This document shows, piece by piece, positions 34,704 to 43,300 of a stretch of DNA of 64,000 nucleotides (position 1 is the first letter of the stretch; each line of letters begins with the position of its first letter). Below the pieces are notes generated by a model, which made no database searches, had not been told where the DNA came from, and saw only the letters and a program-made list of their open reading frames with translations. The stretch comes from a virus. The position numbers and the translations under genes were made by a program. The stretch lies in the IMG/VR virus record IMGVR_UViG_3300045988_115163. One strand, written 5' to 3'.

Positions 34704-35102
34704 ATGGGCAAATATTTTACAATTAAAGAACTGTGCCATTCTGATACAGCAATAGCACATAAGTTGGATAACTCTTGTAAGCCGGAATATCAACGTAACT
34801 TAGAAGCATTGATTACAAATGTTCTCGACCCTCTAAGAGAGGCGTATGGAAAGCCTATTAGAGTAAATAGTGGATATCGTTGTATGGCTTTGAATAAGAT
34901 ATTGGGCGGAGTCCACAACTCAGAGCATTTGAAAGGAATGGCTGCTGATATTACAGGCGGAAGTAAGGAAGAAAATAAAAAACTTTTCGACCTGATTCAA
35001 CAACTGAATCTTCCATTCCGACAATTAATTAATGAGAAGAATTTTTCATGGGTTCATGTGTCTTACAATCCGACTGATATTAAAAAACAGGTAATTTGGT
35101 AG
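34704..35102 (+). CDS. peptidase M15-family (D-Ala-D-Ala carboxypeptidase-like) endolysin
   Basis: FTIKELCHSDTA..., RVNSGYRC, NSEHLKGMAADI, WVHVS: the M15 zinc-ligand pattern. Confidence 0.7.
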   Translation: MGKYFTIKELCHSDTAIAHKLDNSCKPEYQRNLEALITNVLDPLREAYGKPIRVNSGYRCMALNKILGGVHNSEHLKGMAADITGGSKEENKKLFDLIQQLNLPFRQLINEKNFSWVHVSYNPTDIKKQVIW

Positions 35103-35113
35103 TGAAACAAAAG

Positions 35114-35137
35114 AAAGGGATTCTTCGGAATCCCTTT
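35114..35137. terminator. bidirectional intrinsic terminator at the convergence point
   Basis: aaagggattc-ttcg-gaatcccttt: 10 bp stem, tetraloop, A/T runs on both sides. Confidence 0.7.
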
Positions 35138-35139
35138 TC

Positions 35140-35319
35140 CTATTTAGAGCACTCTAATGAACGCAGTTCATCTAATTCATCCATCAACTCTAACCGAAGC
35201 ATTTCAAACTCATGGTTAGGTAAATCTTTCATCATACTGTCTATTGCACGATTCAATTCATATCTCTTCCGAATAATAGCTAATTTCTTAGCTGTGTACT
35301 TTACCTTTTTCATTTTCAT
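35140..35319 (-). CDS. small hypothetical protein (59 aa, below ORF-track cutoff)
   Basis: MKMKKVKYTAKKLAIIRKRYELNRAIDSMMKDLPNHEFEMLRLELMDELDELRSLECSK*; ends just before the terminator. Confidence 0.4.
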   Translation of the reverse strand: MKMKKVKYTAKKLAIIRKRYELNRAIDSMMKDLPNHEFEMLRLELMDELDELRSLECSK

Positions 35320-35479
35320 GCTTCTCTCGTTTTAAGATAGTATTTATATTTTCCTCAGTAAATCCAAAGATTGAAGCAAACCTCTTAAATTCTGCCATTC
35401 TCTTCTCCGGTATCAGATTAAACATGCTGTTAATGGGCATGTCCCCTTCCATTGCCTTTTTTACCTTCTTTAGTTTCAT
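35288..35479 (-). CDS. small hypothetical protein
   Basis: ORF track 35288..35533; start placed at MKLKKVKKAMEG. Confidence 0.4.
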   Translation of the reverse strand: MKLKKVKKAMEGDMPINSMFNLIPEKRMAEFKRFASIFGFTEENINTILKREKHENEKGKVHS

Positions 35480-35897
35480 ACTTCTTATTTTTATAGTGAT
35501 TGCAATCACAAATGAATAATTTGATATAATCAAAGACTTTCATAGCTATTTCTCCGCTGAGATATGCTATCTCTTCACCGTCTAAGGATATGCCGTTCAT
35601 ATTGGCTAAATCATCCTGTAGATGTCTTTGTTCGTGTATATAGGAATTAAAAAATTCCCTTTCTGATGAAGCACGTCCAATCGCCATGATTGTTATTCTA
35701 TAGAGAAAGTTGGAGTAAGTAATACCTGTATCCAAACGACAAGAACGCATATTTTCTTCTGCGGTTAACAGGAACTCTTTACTCGCTCCGAACCTTCTCA
35801 TTTTATGGACTATTTCATCAGTATCGTAACAGTCTACGGAATAGTATATATACACCTTCCAGCCTATCTTTGGTATGTAGAACTGCTGTCGTATCAC
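35430..35897 (-). CDS. hypothetical protein with HExxH motif
   Basis: FFNSYIHEQRHLQDD contains HExxH; 155 aa. Confidence 0.45.
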   Translation of the reverse strand: MIRQQFYIPKIGWKVYIYYSVDCYDTDEIVHKMRRFGASKEFLLTAEENMRSCRLDTGITYSNFLYRITIMAIGRASSEREFFNSYIHEQRHLQDDLANMNGISLDGEEIAYLSGEIAMKVFDYIKLFICDCNHYKNKKYETKEGKKGNGRGHAH

Positions 35898-35899
35898 TG

Positions 35900-36307
35900 T
35901 TAGAGCATATCATCCCAATTGATTACGATACCCTTCCCCATACAGTCTGCAAAGAAATGCCGAAACGCCTTCTCAGAGCCGCCATCCGGGTCGTCTATAA
36001 AGTCTCTCACAAACATAGCAAGGTATTGTTCATTCGGTATGGAAGACCCGAAGTAATCCGCTTTACACATGTTTGCTACGTAGACAGCGTTATAACCGTT
36101 ATCATTCTTTAGCGTAATACTGTACTTTTTGAGAAGTTCGTCAACCTTTTCTTTAGGGATGGGAGTAATCTTACCTTCCTTTGTCTCCATCATAGAAACA
36201 GCCCAATCGCACATCTTCTTAGAGAAGTTGAATCCATAGTTAGAGAGGTAAGCTCTCATCTTCTCCGGTATTCTGTCGAATACATCAAAACTCATATTTC
36301 TGTCCAT
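35900..36307 (-). CDS. hypothetical protein
   Basis: ORF track 35900..36352; start at MDRNMSFDVF. Confidence 0.5.
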   Translation of the reverse strand: MDRNMSFDVFDRIPEKMRAYLSNYGFNFSKKMCDWAVSMMETKEGKITPIPKEKVDELLKKYSITLKNDNGYNAVYVANMCKADYFGSSIPNEQYLAMFVRDFIDDPDGGSEKAFRHFFADCMGKGIVINWDDML

Positions 36308-36375
36308 ATTATAGTATATTAAGCAAGTGTTTCCTTGGTGACTTGTTAGCACTAAGGAAACACCCGCAATTGATA

Positions 36376-36621
36376 TTAGCGACGACGACGACGACCTCTA
36401 CGCTCTCCCATCCTTTCCTCATACTCACGTTCGTAACGGTCTTCATCGTCACGATATCCGTATGACTGTCCGCCACCTTCACCACGTTCGCCCATAGATT
36501 CTAATTCCTCCATTACGGTATAGAAATCTTCCTTTAGGCATTCCAGACTTTCTTTGAAGTCTTTAATTGCTCTTCCGATACCACCTCCACGGTGCTTATC
36601 GCTTATTTCAATCATTCCCAT
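36376..36621 (-). CDS. small protein with acidic core and poly-Arg tail
   Basis: ...YGYRDDEDRYEREYEERMGERRGRRRRR*; tail encoded by a (GAC)5 microsatellite on the + strand (36381-36395). Confidence 0.55.
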   Translation of the reverse strand: MGMIEISDKHRGGGIGRAIKDFKESLECLKEDFYTVMEELESMGERGEGGGQSYGYRDDEDRYEREYEERMGERRGRRRRR

Positions 36622-36632
36622 AATATTTTTTA

Positions 36633-37169
36633 TTATTTGTTTTTACTATTGTTTGGAGAAGCTACAACACTATTTTTCATACTAAGTATAAGGCTCTTAA
36701 TGTCTCCTAAATCTTCTTTCAAACCCTTAACCTGACCTTCCAAAGCTCCAATCTTCTCTTCATGCAACTTTTCTTTTGCAAGTTGAGGATTGAGTTCTTT
36801 TAGAATTTCATCGCAATGTGTTATGACTGATTCGTGATAAGGAACGCTATCAACAATTTGTCTGCTTATTTGAAGCATAGCCTCTACTTCAGATACTATA
36901 GCCTCTTTCTTATCTGAAACAATGGCATTCGGATAAGCATAGACCTCTCCATTTGCCGGTAGTTTCTGGAAGTCCATTACTTCTTCCCCACATTTTACCT
37001 TTATATCTACAAGCATTTCTGGTTGAGGATTATAGGGCTGTTGAGGATTAAAAGTAGGATACTTAGGAACAGGATTGCTCACAGATTCAACTTGGCCAAT
37101 CTTAACACTTGGCTTTTCTCCCTTTGAAAGGATATAGAATAAATTTCCTTGTCTACTTGATGAAAACAT
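36633..37169 (-). CDS. hypothetical protein with C-terminal coiled coil
   Basis: 178 aa ORF; LAKEKLHEEKIGALEGQVKGLKEDLGDIKSLI heptad-like. Confidence 0.55.
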   Translation of the reverse strand: MFSSSRQGNLFYILSKGEKPSVKIGQVESVSNPVPKYPTFNPQQPYNPQPEMLVDIKVKCGEEVMDFQKLPANGEVYAYPNAIVSDKKEAIVSEVEAMLQISRQIVDSVPYHESVITHCDEILKELNPQLAKEKLHEEKIGALEGQVKGLKEDLGDIKSLILSMKNSVVASPNNSKNK

Positions 37170-37188
37170 AATGATTAGCTTTTAAAGA

Positions 37189-37204
37189 AGGGGATTTCTC
37201 CCCT
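37189..37204 (-). terminator. intra-operon hairpin (attenuator/terminator-like)
   Basis: Minus strand aggggagaaatcccct followed by tcttt; lies between 37214 and 37169. Confidence 0.35.
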
Positions 37205-37213
37205 CCTGATTAT

Positions 37214-37702
37214 TTATTTTACTTTAGCTGATGCTGCATTGGCAGCAGGAGTTCCACCTGTCTGAAAGTTTACAAATCGGATAAGACCTTCTCTCTTATT
37301 GATAAAAGCAAAAACTTCTTTGGTATTTACCATGTCAGAACCAACAACGTTGTTACTGTTATGATCTATAACATTGACTTTGCTTTCACCACTTGAAGCG
37401 GCATCTCCCGTATTCGTACTGTTGTTAGACGTCGGAACAGCTAAGGATATAGGCAATGCCTCTCCACCAGCAGGAACAGCTTGATTTACTTGTACTGTTA
37501 CATAGCATTCACAAGGAAGCTGATTGTAAAGACATCTATCAATGCCATAATCAACACTGGTTGCAGAAAGAGAAACGTTTGTAGTAGGCAGTTCAAATAT
37601 ACACAACTGCTTCAAGCAAGAACGTTGCCTTCCAGCTAAGGGAGAACCTATGCCACCAGCCCACCAATAGGGATTAAACGGATTTAATGGATTACCATAC
37701 AT
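37214..37702 (-). CDS. hypothetical protein, probably highly expressed
   Basis: Start MYGNPLNPFNPYWW preceded by a perfect AAGGAGGT 6 nt upstream; followed by a hairpin. Confidence 0.55.
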   Translation of the reverse strand: MYGNPLNPFNPYWWAGGIGSPLAGRQRSCLKQLCIFELPTTNVSLSATSVDYGIDRCLYNQLPCECYVTVQVNQAVPAGGEALPISLAVPTSNNSTNTGDAASSGESKVNVIDHNSNNVVGSDMVNTKEVFAFINKREGLIRFVNFQTGGTPAANAASAKVK

Positions 37703-37716
37703 AGATACCTCCTTTC

Positions 37717-38709
37717 TTAGCAGCCACAAGCATTGTAAGGAGCTACGCCCATGCTTACAGGTACGCTATAGTTTACAGGTATCATACTTCCCATTGCTGG
37801 AATATACGGTATTGTTACGGTTTCAGGCTGTTTGCATTCAATCTTAGCCAAACGAGAACTCAAATCATTCAAAGCTGCATTTACCGGAGCGATAGATTGT
37901 GCTTGGAATGCTTGAATATTACGAGTCTGAGCATCGTTAGAAATCTGAGCAAGCAAGGTACTCTTATCTTCACGGAGCTTATCAATCTTATCCATAAGAT
38001 TCTGGTTCTGCATAGCATCCAATTTAGCCAAGATGGCATTAGTGTTAGCAGTAGCACCATCACGGAGAGAAAGAGCATTTTGGTTTGCAGTATTGACCAA
38101 AGTATTAGTTTGATTGCATACAGCCAATTGATTCTCGTAACCCTGAGTAGTAATTGCATTTTGTGTCTTGCAGCAACAATCAGCAATAGCCTGTGCAATC
38201 TGGCAATTACCTGACTGGATACTATTGATAATCTGTTGACTTGACATACCAATTTGACTACCTACACCCTGTATCTGAGTCATTACACCGTTAATAGACT
38301 GTTGAATCTGACCTACTGAACAGTTCAGATTTGTAGCCAAGTTGTTAATTGCTTGACCGTTACCTTGGATTGCGCTCATAAGTAATTCTCTCCCTGCATC
38401 ATTGTTAATCAAATTCGGAATACCAGCACCGGAAAATCCGCCACCATTTCCACCATCATTTCCGCCAAAGCCGTTACCCCAGCCACCACGTCCCATCAAT
38501 GGGAACAGGAAGAACAAGAAGATAATCCACATGAACCAGCTACCATCACCGCCAAATCCATTATTTCCTTTGTTATTCATAGCCAGCAAAAGATTGGGGT
38601 CTAAGCCATTCTTCTGCAACAGAGGTGCAAGCATACCCATCATGCCTGAACCACCTCCGCATCCACACCCAGATTCAGGTGTATAAACTACTGTACGATT
38701 TTCGCTCAT
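37717..38709 (-). CDS. Gly/Asn/Gln-rich membrane-spanning protein with terminal Cys clusters
   Basis: N-terminus ESGCGCGGGSG, TM WFMWIIFLFFLFPLMG, G-rich flanks, internal DCCCK, Q/N-rich helical region, C-terminus YNACGC*. Confidence 0.6.
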   Translation of the reverse strand: MSENRTVVYTPESGCGCGGGSGMMGMLAPLLQKNGLDPNLLLAMNNKGNNGFGGDGSWFMWIIFLFFLFPLMGRGGWGNGFGGNDGGNGGGFSGAGIPNLINNDAGRELLMSAIQGNGQAINNLATNLNCSVGQIQQSINGVMTQIQGVGSQIGMSSQQIINSIQSGNCQIAQAIADCCCKTQNAITTQGYENQLAVCNQTNTLVNTANQNALSLRDGATANTNAILAKLDAMQNQNLMDKIDKLREDKSTLLAQISNDAQTRNIQAFQAQSIAPVNAALNDLSSRLAKIECKQPETVTIPYIPAMGSMIPVNYSVPVSMGVAPYNACGC

Positions 38710-38732
38710 AATACAATATTGTTAAAATTTTC

Positions 38733-38746
38733 GTCTAATATTAGAC
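38733..38746. promoter_or_regulatory. perfect 14 bp palindrome (operator candidate)
   Basis: GTCTAATATTAGAC, 24 nt upstream of ATG 38709 on the minus strand. Confidence 0.4.
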
Positions 38747-38820
38747 TTGCACAAAATAACTAATATTGTAGGATATGAGTACTAAATATCATAGTACATA
38801 CGTGGCTAATTCATGGATTG

Positions 38821-39057
38821 TTATTTATACATCCAAGTGAATCCATTTGATGTTTTTCTCTTTCCTTTGCAACATTCAATGATATGTGGGAGAGAACTCC
38901 TTTTAAGATTCAATATTTCACAAGCTACAGAAGCACATGGATATTCTGCTATATATTCTCCAAACATATCCATTTGAATAATAGGTTTTCTATTAGATTT
39001 TGGTTTACCTTTTTGGCTATTAGATAGATTAGTTTTTTGTAATTTCGTTATTCCCAT
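38821..39057 (-). CDS. NUMOD1/IENR1-like DNA-binding C-terminal part of the split HNH endonuclease
   Basis: ...KPIIQMDMFGEYIAEYPCASVACEILNLKRSSLPHIIECCKGKRKTSNGFTWMYK*. Confidence 0.6.
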   Translation of the reverse strand: MGITKLQKTNLSNSQKGKPKSNRKPIIQMDMFGEYIAEYPCASVACEILNLKRSSLPHIIECCKGKRKTSNGFTWMYK

Positions 39058-39511
39058 TTTCTTTGTATGTAGCCCATCTTAAATTTTCAATACGATTGTC
39101 ATGTCTGATAGTGTTAATGTGGTCAATACAAGGTTTATTTTCAGGGTTAGGAATAAATGCTTCCGCAATAAGACGATGAATTTTCTTCAATTTACGCTCT
39201 TTATTTTTGGATAGAAATACAGTTCTATATCCATTACTCCATCCTATATATAAATTTCTTGCAGGAACTTTCATCACTGTTCCTTTCACATAAGGAGTAT
39301 AATGTTCTACCATACGAACATTACCCAAATTACTTATTTGATATAGTCCCTCATATCCGACTATATCTTTCCAAATTTCATTTTCCATGATTCCCAATTT
39401 TGAAGTTACACCAAGATTAGTAGAAGATGGAGAAGAAAGACTTGGAAACTTTCTTGTCATTGGGTAGCTACTCCCAACTATCTCCGGTGCAAAAATAGTT
39501 ATATTATTCAT
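39029..39511 (-). CDS. NUMOD4 + HNH homing endonuclease (N-terminal part of a split gene)
   Basis: EIWKDIVGYEGLYQISNLGNV; IHRLIAEAFIPNPENKPCIDHINTIRHDNRIENLRWATYKEN. Probable true start MENEIWKD at 39388. Confidence 0.7.
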   Translation of the reverse strand: MNNITIFAPEIVGSSYPMTRKFPSLSSPSSTNLGVTSKLGIMENEIWKDIVGYEGLYQISNLGNVRMVEHYTPYVKGTVMKVPARNLYIGWSNGYRTVFLSKNKERKLKKIHRLIAEAFIPNPENKPCIDHINTIRHDNRIENLRWATYKENGNNEITKN

Positions 39512-39788
39512 ATCTTACTAATTTTTCTTTTATTTCTTTCAACTTACATCTGAAAGAATATTTTTCGTTTTTAAGATTAGCTGTATTTCTTATCTTGTTT
39601 GCTAAGGATTTGCTAATTCCGGTCATATTAGAAATCTCTTTATCAGTGAATTTATTACAGAGTAGATACACCAATATATATCTTGCATCTACAATTTCCT
39701 CTTTATTAGAGATAAAAATCTCATTCAACGAAATATTCGTTACGTCACATACTACATTTACGGTGGTGTTGTATATATCAAATTCCAT
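39504..39788 (-). CDS. DnaA domain IV-like HTH protein
   Basis: EEIVDARYILVYLLCNKFTDKEISNMTGISKSLANKIRN resembles the DnaA C-terminal DNA-binding domain. Confidence 0.5.
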   Translation of the reverse strand: MEFDIYNTTVNVVCDVTNISLNEIFISNKEEIVDARYILVYLLCNKFTDKEISNMTGISKSLANKIRNTANLKNEKYSFRCKLKEIKEKLVRYE

Positions 39789-39907
39789 AAGAAATACTTA
39801 AATGTTATATGATAAATCTATGGTTTTTACACGAATTAAACTATCGAATTTTTCTATATAGATAATCGTTTGAGTACAAGCAGATTACAACAAACTTTGG
39901 AATTTAT

Positions 39908-39938
39908 TTTGATTATTATGCACTAATTATTACATTTG
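39908..39938 (+). promoter_or_regulatory. Bacteroides-type promoter candidate
   Basis: TTTG 39908-39911, 19 nt spacer, TACATTTG 39931-39938; ATG at 39958. Confidence 0.5.
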
Positions 39939-39957
39939 TGTCAAAATCATTACATAC

Positions 39958-40320
39958 ATGGAATTGGCATATAAATTTCAAAAGAAAGTAGATGAGATAT
40001 CAGATGTGATATGTGAATACTTTAACATCAGTGAGCAGGAAATCATAAGTAGGAATATAAGCGAAAAAGTAGCAAACGCCAGATACTTTTTATGGTATAT
40101 CTTACATTATGAAATGAGGTTATCAGCAAAAAAGTTATCTAATATATATTTTAGAGAGCCAAGGAATGTATTCCGGGGAATATCGAAAATAAAACAAGGT
40201 ATTAAAAATCAGCCTTACTATAAAGCAATCTATGAAGACTTATATAGAAAAGTAGAACCCCTCATACCCGAAGATATTGAGAGGTTCTTAGAAAACATGG
40301 AAGAAAAAAGAAATATTTAG
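39958..40320 (+). CDS. DnaA domain IV-like HTH protein
   Basis: ISEKVANARYFLWYILHYEMRLSAKKLSNIYFREPRNVFRGISKIKQGI. Paralog-like to 39504..39788, divergently transcribed. Confidence 0.5.
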   Translation: MELAYKFQKKVDEISDVICEYFNISEQEIISRNISEKVANARYFLWYILHYEMRLSAKKLSNIYFREPRNVFRGISKIKQGIKNQPYYKAIYEDLYRKVEPLIPEDIERFLENMEEKRNI

Positions 40321-40332
40321 CGTGTTAAATAA

Positions 40333-43300
40333 CTACTGTATCCAAACCTTCAAGCCATAAGAACCTTTTGGATGTCCGGCATAAAGCAGGCTACTGAACA
40401 TTGTATTGATACTCCTTATCAATTGAGTTTGTATTCTCATCTCAGCTAATAAGGGGTTGCTTTCTACATCATTGCTGAGTAAAGCCCGAATGTTCTTTAT
40501 TTCCAAATTCGTATCAGCAACATAGAAGCGCATACTGTTCAATAGGGCTTCCAATGCTTGTGCGGTATCTTCGGTAATAGATTTGATACCTTCTTGCAAA
40601 CCGGATAAATCAGCATTTTCTTTTTTAAAGCGGTCTTTTATCCAGTCAGGAAGTTTATTCAGTTCATTGTAGAAATCATTCAACTCTTTTTCATATTTAT
40701 TAGCCATTGATTCATCTATGGATGGCACTTCTCCCTCGGCTGCTTCAAGAGCTTTTAAATATTCTTGATAGGCTTTATCTCTTTTCCTTTTTTCACCGGC
40801 ATAATCAAAGCCGTATGTCTTAGCAACTAATTCCGCAGCATTTCCCCACGCAGCATCCCATTTCTTTATATTTTCATCTGCCTTATTAAATCTTTCTAAG
40901 GCATCTTCCGCTTCCGATGTTTTGGGCATCATTTCATCAAAAAGTCCTTCTGCCCATTCTTTTATTTTTGGTTCAATTAATTTCTGTATTATTATCTGCT
41001 TTATTATGTCATTAACTATATTATGAACAGCTTCACCCCATGATTCAGCAGCGTTTGTACCTTCTGCAAAAGCATCAAATAAAGCATCTCCTAATGTAGA
41101 AGCCAAGTCTTTGAAAGAACCGATTAAATTCTCTTTCATTTCTAAAAACAAGTCTTCTATATCATTCTCTAAATCATGGATTGCTTCTCTCCATTCATCT
41201 ATACGGTCGTCGTCAGGCTTTTTCTTTCCTTGTTCAGCCTCTATCATTCGATAGTAGCTATCAATCTGTTTCTGCAAAAGTTCAATTCGTTCTGAACTCT
41301 TAGCATAGGCATCTATAGACAACCCGTTTTCAATGGCACGAGTCAAGTCCTCGTATGCCGTTTGTAATTGCTTTACCTTCTTTGTTTCAGATTGAATTGC
41401 CCTTTCTCTTTTCTTATCTCCGATGGCAAATATAGCTCCAACTGTTTCAAAGACACCAGCAGCAGCCTGTAAATATCCCATAGGTCCCTGTGCCAAACCA
41501 GCAGCGATATTGCTTACACCTCCAAGTATTTCAGAAGTAGAACTAAGTGCATCTTTAGCTCCGGCAGAAAGATTTCCCAAGGAATTGTTCATTGCATCTG
41601 TTAGCCCGGCTGTCTCCGATGCAATCTTAGAAGCATATGCCGCTGCTTTCTTTAACTGTTCTCCTTTCTTTTCTCCATCATCTAATCCATTTTTAGCAGT
41701 GACTTGGGCGTTCTTTTCTACGCTTAATTGCTTATTTAAAACTTTTAGACGTGCTTTATCAGTGTTTAAAGTTAGCTTCTTAATATTTGCTTCCTTTGAA
41801 TTGACTCCTTTTTTATTAACAGCGTCAGTATATTCTTTTTCAGATAAAGCAATAATATCTTCTAATATTTTTTTCTGTTCTTCTAACTGGTCAATATTTT
41901 TAGAAGCGTCTACATATTGAGACTCTAAATCTTTCTTTTCTCTTAAATAGTGGATATATCCTTTGATGTTGGGCAACAAGTCCTTAAACGGATTTCTGGA
42001 CTGAATCTGTTCATCTATCTTGTTCATTTGGTTCACAATCTCTTTGAGTTGATTAGGCGGCAAATCACCTAATGATTCTCTAAGAGATGCGAGTTTAGCT
42101 TTCATCTGTTCAAGTACTCTGGTAGATACTTTATCCAAATCTTCAAACATGGATATGTACATATCACTTTCCTTAAACTCATCAAAGGCTTGCTTATCTA
42201 GTTTTTGCTTTGTTTCTTTCTTTATATTTTTCGTAATTTCCTCTTTCTGGTCAGGAGTAAACTCTGATGGTATATTTGCCAATTTAGCCTGTTCTTCCAG
42301 CCGGATACGTATTCTCTCCGAAGATGCTTTTTTTAGATACTTAGCATAATCCTTCAACCGGACATCTAGCTCTTTATTTTCAGCAGCAGTTATCATCTTG
42401 GATAACTTATAATAAGAATCCAATTGCTGTTGTCCCAATTTTGACAAGTCAGGATAAGCCTCTTCCAATGCTTTACGGATATCATTTAAGCTAGAAACAT
42501 CCACATGGAATAGTTGCTTTATCAAGTCATTATCCAAACCTTGTGTTTTGAGGTCTATGGATAGTTCATATCCGGAGAACATATTCTCAATCTTTCTTTC
42601 AAAATCAGCTATGTTTTGCTCCGAAACAGATATGGATACTTCTGACCTTAATTGTGCGGCAGCAGCAGCCCATGCACGTCTTAATTCTTCTCCGGCTTTT
42701 CCACCAATAGTTTCAGCAATGCTCTCCATCTCGGCAGCAATAGAAGCCTTGTCGAAGTCTAATTCAAGAGGTTTACCGAACAAATTTTGATAAGCATTTC
42801 CAAACTCCTTAGTCAAAATGTTTTTTGCATCGGCAGCACCTTGGGTTTTCCTCAACTTTTCATATTCGGATTGCAGGCGTTTTAGCAAATCGAGTTGGGC
42901 TTTCAATCGTTTTTCATAAGCACTTTCTTCTCCTTTTTGCTGTGATTTGGTATAATACCCATAACTCTTTGCAAAGGCTTCCAATTCATCAGCACGTTTC
43001 TTATATAAAGCTGCTAACTGGTCATTGCTCATTTCATCATTCAATTGGGCAGTAGCCAATTTAGCCCTATTTTCTTCTTCCCTTAATTCTTTAATTCTGT
43101 TGAGAAGATTTCTAAAATAAGTATCAGGCGTTTCCTCTACTTGAATGAGCTTAATGTTGGTTTTTAATTTTTTAGTATTACGATTAATCTCATTTATTTT
43201 ATCATAAATGATTTGTTGCAAATCAGATAATTCTTTCTGAACCTGTTTTTTATTAAAGTCTATATTAATTCCAAGCCGAGTTTGCATTCTATGTTTAATG

